NCBI GenBank assembly: GCA_965249725.1 | Contig: CBDFMQ010000002.1 | Location: 1,248,001-1,312,000 of the forward strand | From: Longimicrobiales bacterium | Lineage (GTDB): Bacteria > Gemmatimonadota > Gemmatimonadetes > Longimicrobiales > Gaopeijiaceae | DNA length: 64,000 nucleotides | Direction of reading: 5' to 3' | Shown: positions 18,277-27,752 of the stretch, piece by piece | Layout: each line of letters opens with the position of its first letter | Numbering within the stretch: the stretch's first letter is position 1 | Program-made: the position numbers and the translations under genes | The notes under the pieces: model-generated | Told to the model about the DNA's origin: nothing | Databases searched by the model: none | Seen by the model: only the letters and a program-made list of their open reading frames with translations

Positions 18277-19664
18277 TCGCCCGACCGCGTGGGTGTCGTG
18301 GGTGCGAGAGATGCCACCGCCTCCGAGGATCCCAGGTCCAACGGAATCGTGAGGCGGGCTCGAGCCCCATTCCCGCTGGCACGGTTCTCCAAGGTCAGAG
18401 TCCCACCGTGTCCTTCGGCAATTTGGCGACACAGGGCCAGGCCGATCCCGCTTCCCCCCGGCTTGGTCGTGTAGAACGGGACGAACAGGTTCCCAGTATC
18501 GCCCGTGAGCCCCGGCCCCTCATCCTCGACCAGCACATGGAGTTGATTGACCACGAGCTTCCAGGACAGCTTCACGCGCCCGTCGGTCTCAAGCGACGCG
18601 TCGACCGCGTTGCGGACCAGATTGATCAGCAGCTGCTCCAGCTGATCTGCGTCCGCCTGAACGGTGAGATCCGGTCCCGGGTCGACGCCCACCTCCATGC
18701 GAGTTTCGACCGCAACGATGCGGCGCACGAGGGCGTCCACCTCCACCGGACCCAGGTTGGGCTCGGGAAGCCTGGCGAGTTGGGCGTAGGAGGCCATGAA
18801 GCGCCCCAGCGACTCGGCCCTACCAGAGATGACCTTCAGGCCGCTGCCAACGTCTTCTTCTATCTCTGGGGGGAGGGCCTTGCGCTGCGTGAGACTCTGG
18901 AGGCTACCCGCGATCGACTTGATCGGCGCCAACGAGTTGTTGATCTCATGACTCAGTACTCGGATGATTCTCTTCCAGGCCTGACGCTCCTCTTCTCTGA
19001 GGGCTCGACGGAGATCGGAGAGCACGATGAGGCGCAGCGGCTGCCCCTCCTGGCGAACGACGGTCCGGCGCACTTCCCAGCGCCCCGTGCCGCCCGGATG
19101 GTTGAGCTCGAGCGTGCGGGGTGCGACGCCATGCAAGGTGTCGCGTAAACGGAGCTCCGCGGCCGACATCCCGATGACACGCTCGGCGGGCTGACCCAAC
19201 AGGCTCTCACCCGCCCGATTGAGGAGTCGAAGGGTCTCGTCCTCATCGAAGGCGAACACGGCGAGGTCTACCTCTTCCAGCACCTTGCGCAGGAGCGCCG
19301 TCGCCTCGACCGCTCCGAGTCGCTGCTCCCGCAGGACCTCCTCGAGGGCATTGGCCTCGAGGTAGGTGATGGCGAGAGGACCCTTGGTGCCGGCCCCCCT
19401 GAGACGTATCGAGAAGTCCCCCTCGCGGAGGGCAGCCAACATGTTCGACAGGGTTTGGAGCGGGCGAACGACCCTCTCCCTGACGGCGTACGAGAACCCG
19501 AACCAGCTCCCGAAGAGGAAAACCGACAGGGTCCACTGAAGACGAGCCGAGTAGTCTCCCAGCCACAGAAAGCCGAGGGCGAGAGCCATTCCCGGCAGTC
19601 CCGAGAGAAGGACCAACAGAACGATGCGGTAGTCGTGCCGGACCTGCTCCCACCACCGTCTCAT
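18273..19664 (-). CDS. Sensor histidine kinase (2 TM, HAMP, PAS-like)
   Basis: LSHEINNSL, NLVRNA, DEGPG, FVPFYTTK, GSGIGL; start ATG 19664. Confidence 0.94.
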   Translation of the reverse strand: MRRWWEQVRHDYRIVLLVLLSGLPGMALALGFLWLGDYSARLQWTLSVFLFGSWFGFSYAVRERVVRPLQTLSNMLAALREGDFSIRLRGAGTKGPLAITYLEANALEEVLREQRLGAVEATALLRKVLEEVDLAVFAFDEDETLRLLNRAGESLLGQPAERVIGMSAAELRLRDTLHGVAPRTLELNHPGGTGRWEVRRTVVRQEGQPLRLIVLSDLRRALREEERQAWKRIIRVLSHEINNSLAPIKSIAGSLQSLTQRKALPPEIEEDVGSGLKVISGRAESLGRFMASYAQLARLPEPNLGPVEVDALVRRIVAVETRMEVGVDPGPDLTVQADADQLEQLLINLVRNAVDASLETDGRVKLSWKLVVNQLHVLVEDEGPGLTGDTGNLFVPFYTTKPGGSGIGLALCRQIAEGHGGTLTLENRASGNGARARLTIPLDLGSSEAVASLAPTTPTRSGD

Positions 19665-19674
19665 GCAGTCCTTC

Positions 19675-21054
19675 TCATTCGGGCTCCCCTCCGAGATCGT
19701 AGCGCTGAAGCCGTCGATAGAGGGCACTGCGACTCAGTCCGAGCTCGTCGGCCGCTTTGGAAACGTTGCCGTCATTCCGGCTCAACGCCCTCTCTATGAG
19801 GAGCCGCTCCGCCTCATCCAGGGTGAGATCCTCCATCTGAGGACCACCCTCGGCCCGTCTCCGGAGCCCGAGGTCCTCGGCGCAGATGCGATCGCCCTGG
19901 GCCATCAGGATGGCGCGCTCGACCGTGTGCTCCAACTCCCGGACGTTCCCCGGCCAGGAGTGGCCGATGAGCGCCTGCATGGCGTCGTCTGCGAACCCCT
20001 CGACCCGACGACCGTATCGGGTACGCTGCAGCTCCAGGAAGTGGAGGGCCAGGCTCATGATGTCCTCCGTGCGTTCCCGCAGAGGTGGAAGACGAATCTC
20101 GACCGTGTTCAGGCGGTAGAGCAGATCTTCCCGGAAGTCACCGGAGGCCAGCAGTTCAGCGAGATTGGCATTTGTGGCCGAGAGAATCCGGACGTCGACG
20201 TGGCGAATCTTGGAAGACCCGACCCTTTGGATCTCGCCGGACTCCAGCACCCTGAGCAGCTTGGCCTGCTGCTGTCGGGAGATGTTGGCGATCTCGTCCA
20301 GGAAGAGTGTGCCCTGATGGGCGAGCTCGAAGCAGCCGATGCGGTCGGTCTTGGCATCCGTGAACGCCCCTTTCACATGCCCGAACAGCTCGCTTTCGAA
20401 CACTCCCTCCGAGAACCCTCCGGCATTGATGGCGACGAGCGTGTGCTTTGCTCGCTCCGACACCGCATGGAGCCAACGAGCCACCACCTCCTTGCCGGTG
20501 CCGTGCTCCCCGGTGATGAGCACGTTCGCCTCGGACGGCCCGACCCGCTCCATGATACGGAGGACGGGCTCCATGGCCTTGGACTGTGCGATGAAGTCGG
20601 GGGTGTCCTTGCCCCGCAGGAGGCGATTCTCATCCTCCAGGAGCTGACCACGCCGCAAAGCTCTGCCGAGCTCGACCTGGGTCTTGAGGGCCTTGAGTAG
20701 CCGTTCGTTGTTCCACGGCTTTTCTACGTAGTCTCTCGCGCCGCGACGCATCGCCTCCACCGCCCCGTCCACGCTGCTCCAGGCGGTCATCACAAGAACC
20801 GGTAGGGTGTCGTCGAGGCTACGAAGCTGCGTGAGCAGGTCCATGCCCTCTTCCCCGGAGGTCGTGTCCCGGGTGTAGTTGAGATCCATCAGGATCACGT
20901 CGAAGTCCCGCTCTTCGACCTTGGACAGGACCCCAGAAGGGGAGTTGACCGTTACGACCTCGAATCCCTCACCCTTGAGCAGGAGGCGTAGAGCCTCGAG
21001 CACGTCCGCTTGGTCGTCCGCGACCAGCACACAAGCAGCTTCGGAGGCACCCAC
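19675..21054 (-). CDS. Sigma54-dependent response regulator (REC-AAA+-HTH)
   Basis: ADD...MDLNY receiver, GEHGTGKE, ESELFGHVKGAFTDA, LFLDEI, WPGNVREL, Fis-type HTH. Confidence 0.95.
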   Translation of the reverse strand: MGASEAACVLVADDQADVLEALRLLLKGEGFEVVTVNSPSGVLSKVEERDFDVILMDLNYTRDTTSGEEGMDLLTQLRSLDDTLPVLVMTAWSSVDGAVEAMRRGARDYVEKPWNNERLLKALKTQVELGRALRRGQLLEDENRLLRGKDTPDFIAQSKAMEPVLRIMERVGPSEANVLITGEHGTGKEVVARWLHAVSERAKHTLVAINAGGFSEGVFESELFGHVKGAFTDAKTDRIGCFELAHQGTLFLDEIANISRQQQAKLLRVLESGEIQRVGSSKIRHVDVRILSATNANLAELLASGDFREDLLYRLNTVEIRLPPLRERTEDIMSLALHFLELQRTRYGRRVEGFADDAMQALIGHSWPGNVRELEHTVERAILMAQGDRICAEDLGLRRRAEGGPQMEDLTLDEAERLLIERALSRNDGNVSKAADELGLSRSALYRRLQRYDLGGEPE

Positions 21055-21067
21055 CGTCTCGACCGTC

Positions 21068-21739
21068 CTACTCGTCGACGATCCAGCCGTCTTTCAGCTG
21101 GACGATTCGCTGCCCGAAGGCGGCATAGTCTTCGTTATGTGTGACCTGGATGATCGTAGTACCCTCGCGGTTGAGCTGGGCTAGTAGATCCATGATCATG
21201 CGGCCCTGGCTCGAATGGAGGCTCCCGGTGGGCTCGTCGGCCAGGATCACCTTGGGCTCCGCGATGACGGCCCGGGCAACTGCCACCAACTGCTGCTGCC
21301 CGCCCGAGAGCTGGGTCGGATACAGGTCCTTCTTGCCGACGATCTGGAACCGGTCCAAAGAATCGGCCACGATGGCCTGGCGCTCCTTCCGCTTCACGTT
21401 CCGGTACGAAAGCGGAATCTCGAGGTTCTCATAGACCGTGAGATCGTCGAGAAGATGATACTGCTGGAAAACGAACCCGACGTAGCGCTTGTTCAGCTCG
21501 ATTCGGGTACGGGACCGCATGGCGTGCACCGGCTCGTCACCAAGCCAGTACTCGCCGCGCCAGTCGCCGTCGAGCATCCCCATGATCGAAAGCAGTGTGG
21601 ACTTTCCGGCGCCTGACGGACCCATGATGGTCACGAAATCCCCCGCCCCAATCTCCAGATCGATCCGTCGCAGAACGAACGTCTCGCCCGCCCCGGTCTT
21701 GTACGACTTCTCGATTCCCCTCGTCTTGATCAGTGCCAT
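21068..21739 (-). CDS. ABC ATP-binding protein (MacB/LolD type)
   Basis: [26 protein letters not shown]; no TM domain. Confidence 0.94.
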   Translation of the reverse strand: MALIKTRGIEKSYKTGAGETFVLRRIDLEIGAGDFVTIMGPSGAGKSTLLSIMGMLDGDWRGEYWLGDEPVHAMRSRTRIELNKRYVGFVFQQYHLLDDLTVYENLEIPLSYRNVKRKERQAIVADSLDRFQIVGKKDLYPTQLSGGQQQLVAVARAVIAEPKVILADEPTGSLHSSQGRMIMDLLAQLNREGTTIIQVTHNEDYAAFGQRIVQLKDGWIVDE

Positions 21740-21785
21740 GGTTCCATTCGTTGAAAAATCGGCCCGGCAGGGACTCCATGATCTC

Positions 21786-21883
21786 TATCGGCTTACATGG
21801 AAATGAGTTACGCCGTTTTATCTAAGACACTAGATAAGTCAGGAAGGTCCCTGTCTCCCGTTAGGTGTCCCAAAATCGGACAC
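21786..21883 (-). promoter_or_regulatory. Regulatory region: 25-bp symmetric motif (21786-21810) and GTGTCC-N7-GGACAC inverted repeat (21865-21883)
   Basis: TATCGGCTTACATGGAAATGAGTTA and GTGTCCCAAAATCGGACAC seen directly; same spacing as at 25916-26013. Confidence 0.6.
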
Positions 21884-21954
21884 TCGCGAGGGCACGTCAA
21901 CGTTACCCGCGTGAATACGTGGCGAGATCGAGTCGGGATTCACCCCCCAACGCA

Positions 21955-21980
21955 GAAGGGCGGCCCGAAGGCCGCCCTTC
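21955..21980 (-). terminator. Hairpin/terminator downstream of the first ABC ATPase
   Basis: Perfect 11-bp stem GAAGGGCGGCC-TTCG-GGCCGCCCTTC (C-UUCG-G loop on minus strand); weak U-tract. Confidence 0.7.
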
Positions 21981-22029
21981 CCCACACCACGACATCGACA
22001 CCGCCCAGCGCCGAGATCCGCGGTTCTTC

Positions 22030-22812
22030 CTAAACGTCGAAGCCGCTTTCCTCGAGCTCGTGCGCATGCTCGGCTCGCTGGGCATCTTCCTGATCGACGA
22101 CCTGGCCGTCGAACAGATGCACCGAACGCTGCGCCACCGTGGCGTAGCGCGGATCGTGCGTCACCATGCAGATCGTGGCACCCTCGTCGTGGAGCTCGTT
22201 CATCAGGTCCATGACCGCGTTGCCGTTCTTCGAGTCCAGGTTACCCGTCGGCTCGTCCGCCAGCAGGATGAGGGGTTTGCCCACAATGGCCCGGGCCACC
22301 GCCACACGCTGCTGCTGACCGCCCGAGAGCTGGCTCGGGTAATGCGTCATGCGGTGGGCCATGCCCACCCGCTCCAACGACGCATTCACGCGCTCCTTCC
22401 GCTCACTGCCGGCCATTCCACGATAGGTGAGCGGTAGCTCGACGTTCTCGAAGACCGTCAGGTCGCCGATCAGGTTGAACGCCTGGAAGACGAACCCGAT
22501 GGCCTGGTTGCGGATCTTGGCCCGCTGCGAGGCCGTGAGGTTGGCGACCGGCTCGCCGTCGAGCAGGTAGTCGCCTAACGTGGGCGAATCCAGCAGCCCG
22601 AGAATCGAGAGTAGAGTGGTCTTACCGCAGCCCGACGGGCCCGCGATGGAGACGAACTCTCCCGCCGCGATGCTCAAGTGAATGTCGGACAGAGCGTGGG
22701 TTTCCACCTCTTCCGTGTAGAACACCTTGCTCAGTCCCTGCAGGTCGATCAGACCCGCCTCGTTCGCCCTCTCGCCACCGTTTTCCATCACCCCTCCGTT
22801 GCGGTAAACCAC
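22030..22812 (-). CDS. ABC ATP-binding protein (MacB/LolD type)
   Basis: VETHAL, GPSGCGKTT, LSGGQQQR, LADEPTGNLD, MVTHD; true start may be ATG 22788. Confidence 0.95.
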   Translation of the reverse strand: MVYRNGGVMENGGERANEAGLIDLQGLSKVFYTEEVETHALSDIHLSIAAGEFVSIAGPSGCGKTTLLSILGLLDSPTLGDYLLDGEPVANLTASQRAKIRNQAIGFVFQAFNLIGDLTVFENVELPLTYRGMAGSERKERVNASLERVGMAHRMTHYPSQLSGGQQQRVAVARAIVGKPLILLADEPTGNLDSKNGNAVMDLMNELHDEGATICMVTHDPRYATVAQRSVHLFDGQVVDQEDAQRAEHAHELEESGFDV

Positions 22813-22862
22813 TGGTTTGCCCTATGAGCGTCTGTTCCGGTCGCCCCTTGGGAGGCCTCCGG

Positions 22863-22901
22863 CAATCTCTCCTACCAATCGCTCCTACCAATCGCTCCTA
22901 C
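22863..22901. repeat. 13-bp tandem repeat x3 (CAATCGCTCCTAC)
   Basis: Units at 22863 (one mismatch), 22876 and 22889; the last includes the MFP stop codon. Confidence 0.85.
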
Positions 22902-24151
22902 CTCAAGCGTACGCGATCGAAGCCGTCCCACTGGGACATATCAGACAGAATCACGATATCGCCCGGCTGTAGCCCTTCCCTGACCTCGATCTCGTTAACC
23001 GAGCTGGCCCCGAGCATCACATTGATGCGCTCGGCGAACTGACCGTCCTCAACAAGCATGAACATGCCGACCCGCTGGTTGGCCTGGCCGTACGCCGGCC
23101 GACCCACATAGGTGACGTCGTCCAGTCGTTGGATCACCACGTTGCCGTCCACACTCAGATCGGGACGCGCACTCCGCGGCAACTCGGCCGGCAGAGCCAC
23201 GTCGATGGTCACCGTACCGTTCTGGACGGAGGGATCGATCCGGACCACGCGACCCTCGATGGTGTCGTTCCGCGTGTCGATGTAGGCCAGCTGACCGGCC
23301 GCGATGTCTTGAGCCTGCGTCTGTGGGATTCTGATCTCAGCCTTCAGCCGTCCGGGCTGCACCACACGAGCCAACGTTCCGCCGGACTGGACCCACTGCC
23401 CCTCCTCGAGCGGCAGCTCTGCCAGGACACCGGAAACGCCGGCCGTCACCTGGAAGGACGCCACGCGATCCCGGTTGAACGCGACGATGTCGGAGAGCCG
23501 GTTGATCTGGATCTGTTGCGCGTCCAGCTGGTCGGGAACCGAGGTCTCGAGGACCTCGAGCTGCTGTTCCTCCAACTCGATACGCTCCTCGAGCTCCCCG
23601 ACCGCATCTCGGGTCCTGGCCAACTCAGTGGCCGCCACGAGTTCCGGATTGGTGTCGTACAGGCGCTGGTTCGTGGCGTGATCACGCTGCGCATTCCGAT
23701 AGAGCGTGCGGGTCTGAGCCACCAAGCCCGCCTGAGCCAGGCGCTGCGTCTGCAACGTCGCGCGGAGCTGAATCAGCGCCGCCTCCGCGGTGGACAGCTG
23801 CTGCTGAGCCTGGAGCAGCTGGACCTCGACGTCAGGATTGCTCATCCGAATGATGACCGTGTTCGCCTCGATCTCCGTGCCCGGCAGAATCATGATCTGC
23901 TCGACCCGGCCGGCCGTGAGAGCCGTGAGCCACCGCATGCGCTCGGGCACGAGCGTGCCCGGGCCCCGGACCTGACGCACCATGGTCCCATGCTCGACCG
24001 TGTCCATCCAAACCGTAGCGGCATCCACACTCGGAGCCGCGGGCTGGAGGTTCCTGAGCACGGCAGTGATCAGGATGACGGAGATCGCCGCCACCGACCA
24101 CTGGATGACCTTCTTTCTGGTCTTCGGTTTCGGATCGCGTGGGATGTCCAC
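22898..24151 (-). CDS. Periplasmic adaptor / membrane fusion protein (MacA/HlyD type)
   Basis: MDIPR start, TM, VRGPGTLVP, coiled coil, GLQPGDIVILSD. Confidence 0.92.
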   Translation of the reverse strand: MDIPRDPKPKTRKKVIQWSVAAISVILITAVLRNLQPAAPSVDAATVWMDTVEHGTMVRQVRGPGTLVPERMRWLTALTAGRVEQIMILPGTEIEANTVIIRMSNPDVEVQLLQAQQQLSTAEAALIQLRATLQTQRLAQAGLVAQTRTLYRNAQRDHATNQRLYDTNPELVAATELARTRDAVGELEERIELEEQQLEVLETSVPDQLDAQQIQINRLSDIVAFNRDRVASFQVTAGVSGVLAELPLEEGQWVQSGGTLARVVQPGRLKAEIRIPQTQAQDIAAGQLAYIDTRNDTIEGRVVRIDPSVQNGTVTIDVALPAELPRSARPDLSVDGNVVIQRLDDVTYVGRPAYGQANQRVGMFMLVEDGQFAERINVMLGASSVNEIEVREGLQPGDIVILSDMSQWDGFDRVRLR

Positions 24152-24224
24152 GGATTTCCTCGCTCTTTACAAGTTCGACGCCGACTCGGCTCCAGCCGCC
24201 CGGCGAGATAATCGCTAACGGATG

Positions 24225-25721
24225 CTACGCTTGCGGGCGGAGCCGCTGCCCTACCGCGTTCTCGAGGTTGGCCAACTCGATGTGGAACGTATAAAGCGCG
24301 TCCAAGTAGGCCCGTTCGGCGTCGGCCGTCGTGCGTTCCGCGTCGAGCAGCACCAAGAAATTGTCCGCTCCCAGGCTGTAGCGGGCACGGGCGAGCTCTA
24401 GTTGCTCCCCAGCCACGACCCGGTTGCGCTCCTCGACTTGCACCACGTTGTAGGCAGTCGCCAAGCCGTCGTGCGCCGACGTTACGGCCGTTCTGAGCCG
24501 CAGCTCCTCGGCACGACGAAAGTGGACGGCGTCCTCATAGGCGTTGGCCGCTTGCGAAGCCTGCCGCTCCCTGCTGAAGCCGTTGAAGAGCGGGAAGCTG
24601 ACGTTCAACTGTGCCCTGAACGGCTGCCTGTTGAAGCTGAACGGGAAGACCTCGTTGCCCGCGAGAATCTGACTCCGGTCGGTGTCGCTGAGCCCGAAGG
24701 AAGCGCAATCCCGGGGGAAGCCCTGCAGAGGCGAGCTCAACCCCGAGGAGATGCCGTTGAACAGCTCGCAGTCGGCGATACTCCCCTGGACTCCCCTCTC
24801 GGCGCTGTTCACCAAGAACTGTCCATTCTCGATCTCCTGCGTAAAGCCCTGCCACTGCGCCGAGAGCTGTACGCTCGGAAAGTAGGAGCCCCGGGCCTGT
24901 CGGAGATTGGCCCTACGAGCACCCTCACTGGCGACCAAGGCCTTGAGCTGAGGATGAATCTCGAGGGCCAGGGAAATCAGCGCACCATCGGTCCAGGTGG
25001 GCTCGAACACCGCGAACTCGCTGACGAGTTCGACTTCGTTGGCCATGTTGAACCCGATGTTCTCCAGCAGCCGGAACGTCTCTACTCGGAGCGCCGACTC
25101 GGACTGGAGTAGCGCTACCGAATCTCGCCCCATTTGCACTTGAGCCTGTTTGGCATCGGTGACGATGGCGGCCTGAGCGTCCACCCGGGCCTGAGCGATC
25201 TCGAGATTCTCTATGGAGCTCTCGACCTGACGCCGGGCGACCTCCACCTGGTCCCGCGCCCGCAGGGCGGTCATGTACTGGAGTGTCACCAGAGACTCCA
25301 TGGTGAACTCCGCAGCGACGGTGCGTGCGTGCGCCGCGCTGCGATCGGCCTTAGCGCTGGGGACGCCGAAGAGGGTGTTGCCGTCAAGCGTATACGACGC
25401 CTGGATCGAATAGCCCGAAGTATACAGCGCGCCCTGATCGACGCCGCCCGTATTGATGGTACCGATCCGGGAAACGCCGGGAGCCCGATAGGCCGCCTGC
25501 CCGAAGACCGTGAGCGACGGGACCAACAGATTGGTGACCGCCTCTCGCATGGCCCAATCGAACGCCGCCTCATCGTTCTGCGTGGCCAGGAAGGTCGGGT
25601 TGTTCTCCCGGGCCAAATCGATGGCGCCCTCGAGTGTCAGCCTTTCTTGTCCAAAAGCCATGGTCGCGGTCGCCATCAGGGCCGCCGCCACCAGGGTCAG
25701 GGCTCGTTTTGCTTCGCTCAT
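24225..25721 (-). CDS. TolC-family outer-membrane protein
   Basis: Signal peptide from ATG 25721, LTLEGAIDLARENNP, YFPSV, FPLFNGF, ARYSLG, LENAVG. Confidence 0.92.
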   Translation of the reverse strand: MSEAKRALTLVAAALMATATMAFGQERLTLEGAIDLARENNPTFLATQNDEAAFDWAMREAVTNLLVPSLTVFGQAAYRAPGVSRIGTINTGGVDQGALYTSGYSIQASYTLDGNTLFGVPSAKADRSAAHARTVAAEFTMESLVTLQYMTALRARDQVEVARRQVESSIENLEIAQARVDAQAAIVTDAKQAQVQMGRDSVALLQSESALRVETFRLLENIGFNMANEVELVSEFAVFEPTWTDGALISLALEIHPQLKALVASEGARRANLRQARGSYFPSVQLSAQWQGFTQEIENGQFLVNSAERGVQGSIADCELFNGISSGLSSPLQGFPRDCASFGLSDTDRSQILAGNEVFPFSFNRQPFRAQLNVSFPLFNGFSRERQASQAANAYEDAVHFRRAEELRLRTAVTSAHDGLATAYNVVQVEERNRVVAGEQLELARARYSLGADNFLVLLDAERTTADAERAYLDALYTFHIELANLENAVGQRLRPQA

Positions 25722-25883
25722 ATCGACCTCTAGGACTCGAATCAACGTCCTACCTCCACAACAGTTCATGGAAAAACGGAAAGGGATTCGACCGGAGCCA
25801 GCCAACTTCGCCAACCGCCACTGCCACACCGTGCACCGCACCCTCCGATCGAACCCCACAGACCGCGTTTGATCCTTTCTAAG

Positions 25884-26013
25884 GGAAGCTTCGTGCCAAA
25901 ATCGGCCATATCCCTTAAGTCGTTACACGGCAACATATTGTGGCGATTATCGGAAAGGGTGTATCCCGCGCGGGATGCTCGTCTGCGGGACCCCGCTTCC
26001 CATTAGCGAACAC
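25884..26013 (-). promoter_or_regulatory. Candidate sigma54 promoter of tolC with IHF-like motif and activator boxes
   Basis: TGGCACGAAGCTTCC (25898-25884; -24 perfect, -12 TTCC instead of TTGC); TAAGTCGTTACACGGCAACATATTG (25916-25940); ATGCTC-N7-GGACCC (25975-25993); GCTTCC-N7-GAACAC (25995-26013). Confidence 0.6.
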
Positions 26014-26075
26014 CCTCTAGAGACAGTGTTCGATGGGGTGGAGATGCGGATCAGGGGCTAGCGCTCGATGTGCCG

Positions 26076-26444
26076 CTACCCCTCCAACCTCTCATTCAGC
26101 ACTGTCCGAAGTCGCTCGAGCTCTTCCTTGGACATGCCTCGCCCAGCAATGAGGTGGGTGAGGAGGCGTACCGTGGAACCCGAAAAGAGCTTTTGGGTCA
26201 AGCGGTTCAGGTGGCTCACCTGGGCCTCCTCCCGCTCGACCAGCGGATGGTACCGGTACGCGCGTCCCTCCGGCCGGTGACCCACGTACCCCTTGTCCTC
26301 TAGCGTTCGGAGGATCGTGAGGACCGTCGTGTAGGCCAACTCGTCCGTTAGTTGCCCCCGGACATCGGCTACTGTGGCCGATCCGTGGTCCCACAGAACA
26401 GCCATCACATCGAGTTCACGCCCAGTGAATACCACGTCCTCCAA
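26076..26444 (-). CDS. BlaI/MecI/CopY-family repressor
   Basis: RELDVMAVLW, LAYTTVLTILRTLEDKGYV, GRAYRYHP, LFSGS. Confidence 0.94.
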   Translation of the reverse strand: MEDVVFTGRELDVMAVLWDHGSATVADVRGQLTDELAYTTVLTILRTLEDKGYVGHRPEGRAYRYHPLVEREEAQVSHLNRLTQKLFSGSTVRLLTHLIAGRGMSKEELERLRTVLNERLEG

Positions 26445-26460
26445 CCTTGCCTCCTCTTAT

Positions 26461-26489
26461 CTACGATAGGACTAGTAGTAGTGTAGTCC
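26461..26489. promoter_or_regulatory. Candidate BlaI-type operator
   Basis: CTAC-N6-ACTAGT-N6-GTAG dyad (26461-26486), overlapping GGACTA-N9-TAGTCC (26469-26489), 16 nt upstream of the blaI start. Confidence 0.6.
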
Positions 26490-26625
26490 GTCTAAAACGC
26501 ACGGTCAACGAGACCTGTCGACGCCGGGAGATGGGCAGGAAATACCGCCCAGGGGCCGACGTATGTTGGCCATCATGGGTATGCATTTTGCCGAACTGCC
26601 CCGTCGAAAACCTGAGGACACCGAC

Positions 26626-27159
26626 ATGCTACGAATCCGACTCCAACTCCTGGCGGCGACTCTATTCGCCTGCGTACTCGCGGCGTTGCCGGCGGACCTG
26701 GCGGCGCAGAACGCGCCATGCGCGGGAGGGGAACATCGCCAATTCGACTTCTGGATCGGTGAGTGGCGGGTGGAAAGCCCCAACGGTGCCGTCGTCGGAC
26801 ACAACACGATTCGTCGAGTCACCGATTGCTTCCTACACGAGAGTTACACGACCCCAACGGGGTTCGAAGGGCAGAGCTTCAACATTTTCGACGGTGCTCG
26901 GGGTGTTTGGCACCAGAGTTGGGTCGACAACGGCGGGGTCCTTCTGCAATTGGACGGCGGTATCGAGAACGGCAAGATGATCCTCAAAGGGCCAGGAGTC
27001 GGACAGGGCGGAGTCGCCATCGTGAACCGGATCACGTGGTCCGTAGAGGGTGGAGACCCCGACCATGTACGGCAGCTCTGGGAGACGTCCTCGGACGACG
27101 GTCGGACCTGGGCGGTGAGCTTCGACGGGCACTACATGCGGGAAGCGAAAGAGGACTAG
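26626..27159 (+). CDS. Secreted hypothetical protein (DUF1579-like)
   Basis: RBS GAGG + ATG 26626, signal peptide, RQFDFWIGEW, WHQSWVD, VRQLWETSSDDGRTW. Confidence 0.7.
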   Translation: MLRIRLQLLAATLFACVLAALPADLAAQNAPCAGGEHRQFDFWIGEWRVESPNGAVVGHNTIRRVTDCFLHESYTTPTGFEGQSFNIFDGARGVWHQSWVDNGGVLLQLDGGIENGKMILKGPGVGQGGVAIVNRITWSVEGGDPDHVRQLWETSSDDGRTWAVSFDGHYMREAKED

Positions 27160-27545
27160 GACCCGTCGCTCGGGGCGGAAATCCCGGAAGACGACTCGGC
27201 TCGACACCCCATGCGGTGTCGGTGTCCTGCGAAGAAGCGGTAGCTCCGCTCCACGATCGGACGAGCGAAGGGCACTCGGAACACCCAGGCGAACCATGTG
27301 CCCCGGGGCAGAATGCGTAGGAGTTCCTCCAACGCAGCGGCCCCCGATAACGTGCTTCCGTCGGGCGCCACGAGCTGGATTGACGCGGTGAAGTCTTCAG
27401 GCGTGATCCAGGGGAAGCGTTCCTTCACACCAGATCCCTGTGAGGGGACGATCTCGAGAGCCTTCTCGCGGTCCCACCGCCGCAGCACTGCCGCGAACCG
27501 ATGGCAAACGGAACACTCTCCGTCGAACACGACCGTGTAGTCCAC
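27156..27545 (-). CDS. DCC1/DUF393 thiol-disulfide oxidoreductase family
   Basis: VVFDGECSVC (DxxCxxC), YRFFAGHRH; start GTG 27545. Confidence 0.85.
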   Translation of the reverse strand: MDYTVVFDGECSVCHRFAAVLRRWDREKALEIVPSQGSGVKERFPWITPEDFTASIQLVAPDGSTLSGAAALEELLRILPRGTWFAWVFRVPFARPIVERSYRFFAGHRHRMGCRAESSSGISAPSDGS

Positions 27546-27752
27546 CTGCCAATTCTCCGGTTCACCGGACTTCCGTATCCCTGAACGCCCGGGTCGGGAG
27601 CAGTGATGGCCCGCATCAGAAACGATGATGGCCCGCTTCCTGCACTTGTTGTTCCTCGTCCGTGCGCTCGTGTTCCGTTCCGTCACGCGCCGGGTCAGCC
27701 TATCTTGCCGCGGCCCCGCCCCGTAGCGACGACCGAGAGAGACCGGAGAGAG

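Noticed and set aside
20345..20375. GAFTDA as an inactivated sigma54 activator
   Set aside because: Common natural variant; Walker motifs intact and a sigma54-like promoter is nearby
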